Shown here: in pieces, positions 18,241-27,092 of the stretch
Layout: every line of letters starts with the position of its first letter
Position numbering within the stretch: position 1 is the stretch's first letter
Origin: Clostridiaceae bacterium
Lineage (GTDB): Bacteria; Bacillota; Clostridia; DSM-8532
Length of the DNA: 64,000 nucleotides
Assembly: GCA_012840245.1 (NCBI GenBank)
Contig: DULR01000075.1
Location: 18,701-82,700, forward strand
Direction of reading: 5' to 3'
Made by a program: the position numbers and the translations under genes
Notes under the pieces: model-generated
Databases searched by the model: none
Told to the model about the DNA's origin: nothing
What the model saw: the letters and a program-made list of their open reading frames with translations, nothing else

Positions 18241-18966
18241 ATGAACATTGCATTGATACTGGCCGGAGGGCTCGGCCTGCGTATGAACCAGGAAAGTGAA
18301 CCACCGAAACAGTTTTTTGTCTTGGGGGATAAACCGGTGTTGATACATACGCTGGAAAGATTTGAAAGGCATCCTGAAATCGATGCAATTTGTGTCGTAT
18401 GCCTTCAAACATGGGAGAATTATCTTGAGGGCTTAGTTAACCATTTTGGTATTAAAAAGGTACGCTGGATAGTGACTGGCGGTGACTGCAGACAAGCCTC
18501 GGTCTTTAATGGCCTTTGTACCCTGGAAAAAGACTGTTCTCCGGAGGATATAATTATCGTCCATGATGGAGTAAGACCATTTATCACATCAGAAATAATA
18601 AGCCAGAATATAGAAACTGCAATCCGGTATGGAAATGCTATGACAAGCATGCAGTGTACCGATACGCTGATTACATCTCATGACAGAAAAACCGCGGAAT
18701 ATGCCATGGACCGGGATAGCAGCTACTCGGTGCAGACACCACAGACATATAGTCTCGGTTATGGGCTGAAACATTATCGCCGCGCATACGAGATGGGAAA
18801 AACAAGTATGATAAATTGCTGTGAGTTGTTTATTGCACTTGGGGAAAAAGTATACATGGTAAACGGAAGAAAAACAAATGTTAAACTTACGACACGGGAT
18901 GATATAGCTTATCTTAAATTTCTGAATTCAATTTTTCATGACGGAGATGAAGACCATATAGAATAA
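18241..18966 (+). CDS. IspD/TarI-family sugar-phosphate (alditol-phosphate) cytidylyltransferase
   Basis: MNIALILAGGLGLRM....PKQF N-terminus. 241 aa. Confidence 0.85.
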   Translation: MNIALILAGGLGLRMNQESEPPKQFFVLGDKPVLIHTLERFERHPEIDAICVVCLQTWENYLEGLVNHFGIKKVRWIVTGGDCRQASVFNGLCTLEKDCSPEDIIIVHDGVRPFITSEIISQNIETAIRYGNAMTSMQCTDTLITSHDRKTAEYAMDRDSSYSVQTPQTYSLGYGLKHYRRAYEMGKTSMINCCELFIALGEKVYMVNGRKTNVKLTTRDDIAYLKFLNSIFHDGDEDHIE

Positions 18967-18984
18967 AATTGATCGGAGCTGATT

Positions 18985-20034
18985 ATGAAAACCTGTCATA
19001 TCTTTGATGAAGATATCGAATATCTGGCCAGGCTGTCCCTATGGAAAAAACTATCCGGGAAAACGCTTATGATAACCGGAGCAACCGGTATGCTCGGTTC
19101 TTACCTGGCATTTGCTGCGAATAAAGCCAACCTCATTGGAGGCTACGGAATAAGGCTGGTATTGTCAGGCCGTAACAGCCAGAAAGCAAAACAGTTGTTT
19201 GATAATATCGAGTGCAGGATCCTGCTGCAGGACATTCGTGAGCCGCTGGACGTCGACGGGCCGCTTCACTATATAATACATACAGCAGGACCCGTAGGTC
19301 CTGCTGTTTTCGAAAAAAATCCGCTGGAAGTCATCTCAGTCAATGTTGAAGGCACGATGTCACTGCTTCGCAGTGCGATACAGCACGATTGCCTTGGTGT
19401 TGTTTTTGCTTCCACCCACGAGGTTTACGGGAAGGCCGAAGGTGAACAGAAAGAATCATCAATATTGGGTGCGGTCGATCCATATGATCCCCGCTCAAGC
19501 TATATACTGGCGAAACAGACAGCGGAGAATATTTTGGCTTGTTTTTCCAGCACATATGGCTTAAAATCAGCGTCAGCACGTCTGTCACGACTGTACGGCC
19601 CACTGATGAACATGGACAGCGGTCTGTTCATTTGCAGTTTCATTAATGATGCCTTACATAACATGCCTGTGCATGTCAGGGGAGAGCTTAACCAATTGAG
19701 ACCCCTTTGCTATATTGCAGATGCGGCCGAAGCCATGCTGCGAATCCTGCTGAATGCTGACAGAGGCGAGGCTTACAATGTGCAGGGAAAAGAGCTGCCT
19801 ACAATTGGTGACATTGCATTAATGGTCTCTGAAATTGGGAACTGCGGAGTAAAGTTCGATAAACCTGAAACAGGGAATAAACCTGCGACCGGATACTGGC
19901 TGAACACAGACAGGATTGAAAGACTTGACTGGCGGCAGCGTACCGGGCTTTTGGAAGGACTGCGGCGTACAATGAATTTTTTTGCGGGATCGGAGACAGA
20001 AAATGAAGAAAAGGAAAAGGATCAAAGAAATTGA
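18985..20034 (+). CDS. NAD(P)-dependent epimerase/dehydratase-family (extended SDR) enzyme
   Basis: ITGATGMLGSYL glycine motif and an SSYILAK catalytic YxxxK motif. Confidence 0.85.
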   Translation: MKTCHIFDEDIEYLARLSLWKKLSGKTLMITGATGMLGSYLAFAANKANLIGGYGIRLVLSGRNSQKAKQLFDNIECRILLQDIREPLDVDGPLHYIIHTAGPVGPAVFEKNPLEVISVNVEGTMSLLRSAIQHDCLGVVFASTHEVYGKAEGEQKESSILGAVDPYDPRSSYILAKQTAENILACFSSTYGLKSASARLSRLYGPLMNMDSGLFICSFINDALHNMPVHVRGELNQLRPLCYIADAAEAMLRILLNADRGEAYNVQGKELPTIGDIALMVSEIGNCGVKFDKPETGNKPATGYWLNTDRIERLDWRQRTGLLEGLRRTMNFFAGSETENEEKEKDQRN

Positions 20035-20866
20035 ATTTACGCCTGAAATGCTTAGAAGCCTGCAGCTCATCCAGCTTGAGATCCTGGAGGAGCTTAACAG
20101 GATCTGTGTTAAACACGATATCAAATATTCTCTGGACGGGGGTACGTTACTCGGTGCAGTACGCCACGGTGGATTCATACCCTGGGATGACGATATTGAC
20201 GTAATCATGCTGAGAGAAGAGTACGAGAAATTTTTCGAGGTCTGCAAAACCGAACTGGACAAGGAGCGGTTTTTTTTACAGGAACACAGAACAGATCCTT
20301 ATTACAGGGTAGGTTATACAAGGATCAGGCGGAAAAATACAGTTTATGTACGGGCTGGACAGGAGAACATGAAACATGTTACCGGTATCCTGATAGATAT
20401 TTTTGTCCTGGATAATTCTCCGACAACCTTTTTTATGAAATATATACACCGTGCGCTGTGCTTCTTTTTCCGCAAGATTTTATGGTCAGCTACCGGAAAG
20501 ATCGTTTCTGAAAGTTTATTATTACGAGGGATATATGCTGTGCTTTCATTGATACCGGCAAGATTTGCTTTCCGGGGATTTGACGCCCTGGCGAAGTATT
20601 ACAATAAAAAACCCTCTACCCTTGTCAAGCATTATGCCATGACATACCCCATGCCAAAGGTGAACGGGTTCGGAACACCGAGGGATCTGATGGATGATTA
20701 TACATGGATTGAGTTTGAAGGAAAGAGGTTTATGGCGGTGAAAGATTACCATCGCTACCTGACTTTATTGTATGGCGATTATATGAAGCTTCCGCCCAAA
20801 GAAAAGCAAAAACCGCATATTCATCTTTCAGCTTTTGAACCTATCAGGGACGGGACACTTGAATAA
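20003..20866 (+). CDS. LicD-family phosphotransferase
   Basis: LDGGTLLGAVRHGGFIPWDDDIDVIM is the LicD signature. The start at 20003 has GGAGA upstream. Overlaps the SDR gene by 32 nt. Confidence 0.85.
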   Translation: MKKRKRIKEIEFTPEMLRSLQLIQLEILEELNRICVKHDIKYSLDGGTLLGAVRHGGFIPWDDDIDVIMLREEYEKFFEVCKTELDKERFFLQEHRTDPYYRVGYTRIRRKNTVYVRAGQENMKHVTGILIDIFVLDNSPTTFFMKYIHRALCFFFRKILWSATGKIVSESLLLRGIYAVLSLIPARFAFRGFDALAKYYNKKPSTLVKHYAMTYPMPKVNGFGTPRDLMDDYTWIEFEGKRFMAVKDYHRYLTLLYGDYMKLPPKEKQKPHIHLSAFEPIRDGTLE

Positions 20867-20893
20867 AAGAAAGATCGGAGGAGATTCGACAGA

Positions 20894-22198
20894 ATGGATC
20901 TACCATGCAATTCTCTTGTAAGTGTCATAATACCGGTATACAATGTTGAAAAATATCTGCAGCGTTGCATTAATTCGGTAATTAATCAGACTTACACCAA
21001 TATTGAAATAATTCTTGTTGATGATGGTTCAACAGACGCCTGCCCCCAAATATGTGATGAGTATGCCAGAATGGATTCGAGAATAACGGTGATTCACCAC
21101 AGCCATAACCAGGGTTTGTATGCGGCTCGAAATTCAGGCATAGATGTGGCCAGGGGCGAATGGCTTTGCTTCGTTGACAGCGATGACTTTGTTCATCCCC
21201 GATTTGTTGAAGGATTGCTTAGAGCGGCCGTGCGTAATGGTTGCCTGACTGCAAGGTGCAAACGTAAATTTACATACACTGATGAGATAGATATAAATCT
21301 GCCTGAGGAAGAGTATAAGGTGTTTAACTGGTTCGAATATGCAGCATTTTTAGACAGTACCCCGGGCTATGGTATTTATAATGTCTGGTCCAGCATATAT
21401 CACAGATCACTTTTTAAAAATCTCAGGTTTCCGCCATACCGGCATACGGAGGATGCACCGGTAAGTACCCAGATAATATGGCTTGCACAAGATAAAAAGT
21501 TCGCTGTTACAAATCAGACCTTATACTATTATTATCAAAGACATATAAGCATTATGAACGGCCGTGCCAACCTGAATGTCCTTAACAGATATAAAGCTTA
21601 TGATTGGATTTTAGACTTTTGGATCAGCAAAAATGAGTTTGAAATGGCGGATATTTATTTCAAGATGTACTTTACTTATCTTGTGCTTGATTATACCAAT
21701 CTATGCAGGGATTTACCGCAGGATCATCATAAATATTCTCATTTATACAGCCTGATTGAAAAGAATGCTCATAAGGCACAGATGTTGGATTTAAAGGTAA
21801 CGAAAATACCTTCTGTATCCCGTGAAATTTGGGAGCAAATTTCAGATGGACAAGATAAGTTTATTCTCTACAGCTTCAACAACAGAGGCAGGGAGATCAT
21901 GCCATGGCTCATTTATTTTGACGTCGACTTAGTTGAGATTTGGGATAAAGATGCAGATAAGTATGTCGATGAAGGAGAGCTGCCCATTCCTTTGACAAAA
22001 CCTCATGATTCAGTTGAACCCAAGGATAATATGACTGTAATAATCGCAACTGAGGATGAAAAGCAATCTTTAATAATGAAACGGGAATTGAGACAAATGG
22101 GCTACAGCCGGTTCATTTCCTGCGAAAACATTTTTGGAGCCATAAAATATGCAAAATATAAAAAATTCTTGCCTTTTTTAATAAACGACACTATGTAA
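20894..22198 (+). CDS. Family 2 glycosyltransferase with a C-terminal Rossmann-like module
   Basis: VSVIIPVYNVEKYLQRCINS...ILVDDGSTD...FVDSDD. The C-terminal module starts at KFILYSF. Confidence 0.9.
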   Translation: MDLPCNSLVSVIIPVYNVEKYLQRCINSVINQTYTNIEIILVDDGSTDACPQICDEYARMDSRITVIHHSHNQGLYAARNSGIDVARGEWLCFVDSDDFVHPRFVEGLLRAAVRNGCLTARCKRKFTYTDEIDINLPEEEYKVFNWFEYAAFLDSTPGYGIYNVWSSIYHRSLFKNLRFPPYRHTEDAPVSTQIIWLAQDKKFAVTNQTLYYYYQRHISIMNGRANLNVLNRYKAYDWILDFWISKNEFEMADIYFKMYFTYLVLDYTNLCRDLPQDHHKYSHLYSLIEKNAHKAQMLDLKVTKIPSVSREIWEQISDGQDKFILYSFNNRGREIMPWLIYFDVDLVEIWDKDADKYVDEGELPIPLTKPHDSVEPKDNMTVIIATEDEKQSLIMKRELRQMGYSRFISCENIFGAIKYAKYKKFLPFLINDTM

Positions 22199-22223
22199 AA
22201 TATTTTATATTTCGGGAGGCAAT

Positions 22224-23402
22224 ATGATTTTACGAACATGCGGTGTGGATGAGTTTATAAAACGAATAGAAGGTAAGGAACTTGTATGCTTCGGATCAGG
22301 CAGACTGCTTACTGAATTATGTTACGAGTTTAAGGACCATTCGATAGAAAGACATATTACTTATATTGTTGACAACAACTCTACGCTGTGGGGAACCATA
22401 AAACGGATAGGCAATGTGGAAATAGCAATTGAAAAACCAGAAATGCTATATTCGACCGCTACTGAAAATACAGTCGTTTTAATTACATGCGGAGGATTAT
22501 ACGGTCTGGAAGTATTCGAAGATCTAAGCGGCAGGTTTGATTCTATGGACATTGATTGCTATTTTGCAAGATTCATAAGGGGTATTCAGTCTACTATCAC
22601 AGCATATAACGCAGCTAAACCTCCTGAAGATTTTCGGGCCAATCCTGTGCCTGTGATTCCCAAAAAGATACATTATTGCTGGGTTGGAGGCAGCCCGATT
22701 CCTGAAAAAAACATGAAATGTATTGAAAGCTGGAAACGGTTCTGCCCGGACTATGAAATAATCGAATGGAATGAGAGTAATTATGACTTTTCGAAAAACA
22801 GGTACATGAAGGAAGCATATGAAGCCGGCAAATGGGGGTTTGTACCAGATTACGCCAGGCTCGATATCATATACAACCATGGAGGTATATACCTTGATAC
22901 TGATGTTGAGCTAATAAAACCATTGGATGAACTGCTCTACAACAATGCCTACTGTGGGTTTGAGAACATACAGTTGGTCAATCTTGGACTGGGTTTCGGC
23001 GGTATTGCCGGCTTCAGTCTATTTAAGAAAATGCGTGATTCATACAATGATATTTCCTTTATTAATCAAGACGGTTCATTGAACCTGGTTCCTTCTCCGT
23101 TTCTTCAGACTGATTTCTTAACAAACTATGGATTGAAGAAAAATGGCGGTTTTCAGGTAATAGAAGGTCTGTCTGTATATCCTGTTGAGTATTTTGCACC
23201 ATTAAGCCTGAGTACAAGACAGCTTGTAAAAACTGAAAATACATATTCCATACACTGGTTCGACGGTTCATGGCTTGATAAAGCTCAGCGCGAAAGCAGT
23301 GATGTTTACGAAAGTCTGTACCGTCAAGCTCTGATCAATGAATCGGAAATATCCAAAAACACACTTACAATAACAAGAGGTGAATATTTTGTCCGTTTAT
23401 GA
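22224..23402 (+). CDS. DXD-motif sugar-binding glycosyltransferase (GT32/Gly_transf_sug-like) with an N-terminal Rossmann-like module
   Basis: IPKKIHYCWVGG...PDYARLDIIYNHGGIYLDTDVE. The N-terminal module starts at ELVCFGSGRL. Confidence 0.8.
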   Translation: MILRTCGVDEFIKRIEGKELVCFGSGRLLTELCYEFKDHSIERHITYIVDNNSTLWGTIKRIGNVEIAIEKPEMLYSTATENTVVLITCGGLYGLEVFEDLSGRFDSMDIDCYFARFIRGIQSTITAYNAAKPPEDFRANPVPVIPKKIHYCWVGGSPIPEKNMKCIESWKRFCPDYEIIEWNESNYDFSKNRYMKEAYEAGKWGFVPDYARLDIIYNHGGIYLDTDVELIKPLDELLYNNAYCGFENIQLVNLGLGFGGIAGFSLFKKMRDSYNDISFINQDGSLNLVPSPFLQTDFLTNYGLKKNGGFQVIEGLSVYPVEYFAPLSLSTRQLVKTENTYSIHWFDGSWLDKAQRESSDVYESLYRQALINESEISKNTLTITRGEYFVRL

Positions 23403-24720
23403 GGATGTATTAGTAAGTATCATCATACCGGTATATAATGTCGGGGATTATCTCGAACGCTGCATCGATTCCATAAGGCAGCAGACCCATAAAAAAATTG
23501 AGATCATTTTGGTGGATGATGGTTCCACTGATAATAGTCCACGAATTTGTGACTATTATGCTAAAGAGGATTCACGGATAATAGTGATCCACCAGGAAAA
23601 TCGTGGCGCTGGGCCTGCCAGGAATGCCGGTATCGACATTGCACATGGAGAATGGATCTGCTTTGTTGACAGCGATGATTATATAAGTCCGCTTTTTGTT
23701 GAAAGGCTTCTGAAAATAGCAGTTGATAATGATTGCCTAACTGCACAATGCCGATTCAAAAGGGTTCTGGAAGACAGTATGGATGAAAATGAAAAGCTGC
23801 AGCCTGAAATTAAAGTAATGGACTGGAGGAATTATTTTATCTACGTTTACAAAAATATGTGCAGGAATCCGATAGGAAGCTCCGGGCATACGCCATTCGG
23901 CCCTGTGATAAATATTTACCATAAATCCTTGTTCGACAGTATAAGGTTTCCATCTTTGCGGATTTCGGAAGATATAGAGATTATGCCCAGAATAATCTAT
24001 GCTGCTGGTAAAAAAAACATCGCAATAACCGATGAAATACTATATTATTACTTTCAACGACCAGGAAGTTCAACCAGGTCAGAAGCAAATCTTTCCCTTG
24101 TGGACAGGTACTACGCTATAAACTCGGCAGTAAACTTTTTGAGGGAAAAGAAAGAAAACGAAGTATGCAGGCTTTTTAATAAGACGCTTTTTGATTGCAT
24201 GGTGAGAGACTATTTGATTCTTTGTGCTGAATTGCCGGCAGAACACCACAAATATGGTTTCCTGAAAGATGAAATATACAGGTATCTGGGCACTTTCGAG
24301 GGATATTGCAGTGATCTTATTGTTCTTCGGCCTGATGCGAAAAAAATATGGGAGAATGTTTTGCTAAACATAAAGGACTGTGTCATATATGGTTATGGGG
24401 ATTGGGGTAAAGAATTCACTTATTGGTTCAGGTATTTTGAAATCAATATTATTGAGATCTGGGACCAGAAAGCCGAAACCGGCGGTTGTGCGGAAGGAAT
24501 CCCATTCAGGAAAGCCCACGACGGGCTTGAAAAAAACACATGTATCATAGTTGCCATCGCTGACAGGTATGTATCATTGGAAGTAGCCTGCAAACTTCGG
24601 GAACTGGGCTACACCAATATTTATGATTTTACCTTGATTGAATCAGGGTTGAGATATGGAAAATATTCCAGATTTATGCCGTCGATAATAGAGAATTACA
24701 GGAGGTTGTTCAATGAATAA
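23380..24720 (+). CDS. Family 2 glycosyltransferase, paralog of 20894-22198, with a C-terminal Rossmann-like module
   Basis: VSIIIPVYNVGDYLERCIDS...ILVDDGSTD...FVDSDD. The start is uncertain (GTG 23380 or TTG 23389). Overlaps the previous gene. Confidence 0.9.
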   Translation: MNILSVYEDVLVSIIIPVYNVGDYLERCIDSIRQQTHKKIEIILVDDGSTDNSPRICDYYAKEDSRIIVIHQENRGAGPARNAGIDIAHGEWICFVDSDDYISPLFVERLLKIAVDNDCLTAQCRFKRVLEDSMDENEKLQPEIKVMDWRNYFIYVYKNMCRNPIGSSGHTPFGPVINIYHKSLFDSIRFPSLRISEDIEIMPRIIYAAGKKNIAITDEILYYYFQRPGSSTRSEANLSLVDRYYAINSAVNFLREKKENEVCRLFNKTLFDCMVRDYLILCAELPAEHHKYGFLKDEIYRYLGTFEGYCSDLIVLRPDAKKIWENVLLNIKDCVIYGYGDWGKEFTYWFRYFEINIIEIWDQKAETGGCAEGIPFRKAHDGLEKNTCIIVAIADRYVSLEVACKLRELGYTNIYDFTLIESGLRYGKYSRFMPSIIENYRRLFNE

Positions 24721-27079
24721 CCCTTTGGTGTCATGGCTTATGCCAGTATATAACAGTGAGAAATTCCTGCGCAGGGCATTGGACTCTATGCTGAATCAAA
24801 CATACCAGGATTTTGAGATAATAATCGTACTGGAAAACTCCTGTACAGACAAGTCTAAGGAAATTTGCGAGGAATACGCAGCCAGAGATAACAGGATAAA
24901 AATACATTATAAAGTCGGTGGTTTGGGCATCGCCGAATCCCTGAACCAGGGACTGAAGGTTTGCGGAGGTAAATACATAGCGAGGATGGATGCGGATGAT
25001 TACAGCTATCCTGAGCGGCTTGAAAAACAGGTGTCTTATTTGGAAAGTAACCCTGAAGTGGGAATACTTGGTGCAAAAGCCCGGATTATCAATGGACAGC
25101 GTGTATATGATACCTATGAGGATGGAGTTCCTGATAGTGAGGAAATCCGTGTAAGACTATTGTTTGAGGATTGCATCCTGCATCCTACTGTGGTTTTGAG
25201 GGCTGAAATATTCAATAAAGAAGGCTTGGAGTACCCAACAGACAATAAAGCTGAGGATTATGCCCTTTGGGCCAGCTTAATTTCAAAAGTCAAATTCTCG
25301 ATATTGCCGGATGTTCTTCTGGATTACTATATTCATGGAGAAAATGTCTGTTCAGTTAATTTTGACAAAATACGCACTGACAGCGCGAAAGTATCAAGGC
25401 AAGCTATTCACAGAGAGTTGGATATTGATACCTGTAATTACCTAGATAGAGTATTCGGATGGAGAACATATGATCCCATGCCTTCGGATATAAGCGGATT
25501 TCTGTTTGAAAGTTTGGATCTTATAGATACGGTTCGTAGGGCAAACGATGCACAGAAAAAGTTTGATGTCGCGGTCATGGAAAAGGTCCTTGAGAATGAG
25601 TGGAAAAAAGCATTGAACACCATTGCATATTATGGAGAAATAGACTGTTTGAAGCAACCGGTCCGCAAGTTAAACAAAGAGAAAATAGGAAAAGTATTTT
25701 GCAAATTAGAGGAACATATATCAAGTGACAGAAAAAGGAAAGTCATATTATACGGTACAGGCAGGTACAGTAATGCTTTGGTCCAAAACATGGGGGATGA
25801 TGATTATCCATTTGAAATAATCGCAGTTTGTGACTCGGATGCTCGAAAGCAGGGAACAGTCTTTCATGGATTTCAGGTTATTGCTCCGAATCAAATATCA
25901 AGTTACGATTATGATTTTATAAGCATTGCTACTCCCTTGTACGCTGAAGAAATAAAAGATTCCTTGCTGAACAACTATAACGTAAAGCCGGATAAAATCC
26001 TTGATTTGCCTCTCTGCACAATAGCAACACATTACCGAAGAAAGCTGAGCTTAGAAAGATATAAGCATTTGTGCGGTGAGAGAAAAGCTTATCTTTTTTG
26101 TGCGCCTGATTACGGAAACCTCGGAGACCATGCTATAGCCGTTGGGGAACACTATTTTTTCCAAAAAAATTTTGGTATTGATATAGAAGAGGTGCCAATA
26201 AACCGGTTTGATGAAAATATCTCAATTGTAATGGAACATATAAAGCCAGAGGATATCGTTCTTGTCACAGGCGGTGGATTTTTAGGCTCACTATGGGAAC
26301 AAGGGGAATTTCAGGCGAGAAAAGTCGTATCACTGTTTCCTGACAACCCTGTTTTGATATTGCCTCAAACGCTTTACTGGGAGGCTTCGCATGAATGGGA
26401 TATTGAAAAAGCACGAACGCGCCAGGCGTATGAGAACCATAAAAAACTGGTGCTTTGTGCACGGGATGTTGAGACATACCGTATCATGATTGAAGCTTAC
26501 CCGAAATGCAAAGTAATTACTGCCCCAGATATGGTTCTTGCATATGGCTGGAAGGAGTTCATAAACAGGGATACTGAGCGTGAAAGTGCTTTGCTGTGCC
26601 TCAAAACGGATAAAGAATCTATACTTACCGACAGGGATTGGGAGAGACTGAAGGAAATCGCAGCGGAAGCCTGTGGTACTGCTAGCGTCTGCAGTACGAA
26701 CCTTGATGAAATGATATCCGAAAAAAGAAGGGATGTCTTTCTGAGAATGAAACTTGACGAGTTCAGCCGAGCCAGGCTGGTTATAACAGACAGGCTCCAC
26801 GGTTTGCTGTTTTCCGTCATCACGGGTACTCCCTGTGTTGCCATGAATAACTGTAACCATAAATTAAGAGCGACTTTTGAGTGGGTAAAGCATATACCGA
26901 ATCTGCGATTTGCGGATAGTATCGATAAAGTTAAGCACTTGGCGAAAGAAGTTTTATCGGTAGGTCAGGTGGAATATTGCGCATCAGATTTCAGGGATCA
27001 TTTCAAAGAGCTTGAAATGACAGTTGAATTACTAATAGACAATAAGGGTCAGGAAGCAAAAAATGTCAGGAGATACTAA
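24713..27079 (+). CDS. Fusion protein: GT2 glycosyltransferase, Rossmann-like module, polysaccharide pyruvyl transferase domain
   Basis: N-terminus VSWLMPVYNSEKFL...RMDADD (GT2). The middle has KVILYGTGRY. The C-terminus has PDYGNLGDHAI...LVTGGG...ITDRLHG...GTPCV, typical of PS pyruvyl transferases. Confidence 0.85.
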   Translation: MNNPLVSWLMPVYNSEKFLRRALDSMLNQTYQDFEIIIVLENSCTDKSKEICEEYAARDNRIKIHYKVGGLGIAESLNQGLKVCGGKYIARMDADDYSYPERLEKQVSYLESNPEVGILGAKARIINGQRVYDTYEDGVPDSEEIRVRLLFEDCILHPTVVLRAEIFNKEGLEYPTDNKAEDYALWASLISKVKFSILPDVLLDYYIHGENVCSVNFDKIRTDSAKVSRQAIHRELDIDTCNYLDRVFGWRTYDPMPSDISGFLFESLDLIDTVRRANDAQKKFDVAVMEKVLENEWKKALNTIAYYGEIDCLKQPVRKLNKEKIGKVFCKLEEHISSDRKRKVILYGTGRYSNALVQNMGDDDYPFEIIAVCDSDARKQGTVFHGFQVIAPNQISSYDYDFISIATPLYAEEIKDSLLNNYNVKPDKILDLPLCTIATHYRRKLSLERYKHLCGERKAYLFCAPDYGNLGDHAIAVGEHYFFQKNFGIDIEEVPINRFDENISIVMEHIKPEDIVLVTGGGFLGSLWEQGEFQARKVVSLFPDNPVLILPQTLYWEASHEWDIEKARTRQAYENHKKLVLCARDVETYRIMIEAYPKCKVITAPDMVLAYGWKEFINRDTERESALLCLKTDKESILTDRDWERLKEIAAEACGTASVCSTNLDEMISEKRRDVFLRMKLDEFSRARLVITDRLHGLLFSVITGTPCVAMNNCNHKLRATFEWVKHIPNLRFADSIDKVKHLAKEVLSVGQVEYCASDFRDHFKELEMTVELLIDNKGQEAKNVRRY

Positions 27080-27092
27080 TGGGGGATAATTC

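Noticed and set aside
20266-24016. Homopolymer tracts inside island genes (T8 in the LicD gene near 20268, A8 in GT2b near 24009) and elsewhere (A10 at about 63925-63934, A8 near 41757 and 41452) as phase-variation switches.
   Set aside because: The tracts are short A/T runs encoding Lys/Phe in an AT-rich genome. All reading frames are intact, and nothing suggests slipped-strand variants. At most this is a weak hypothesis.
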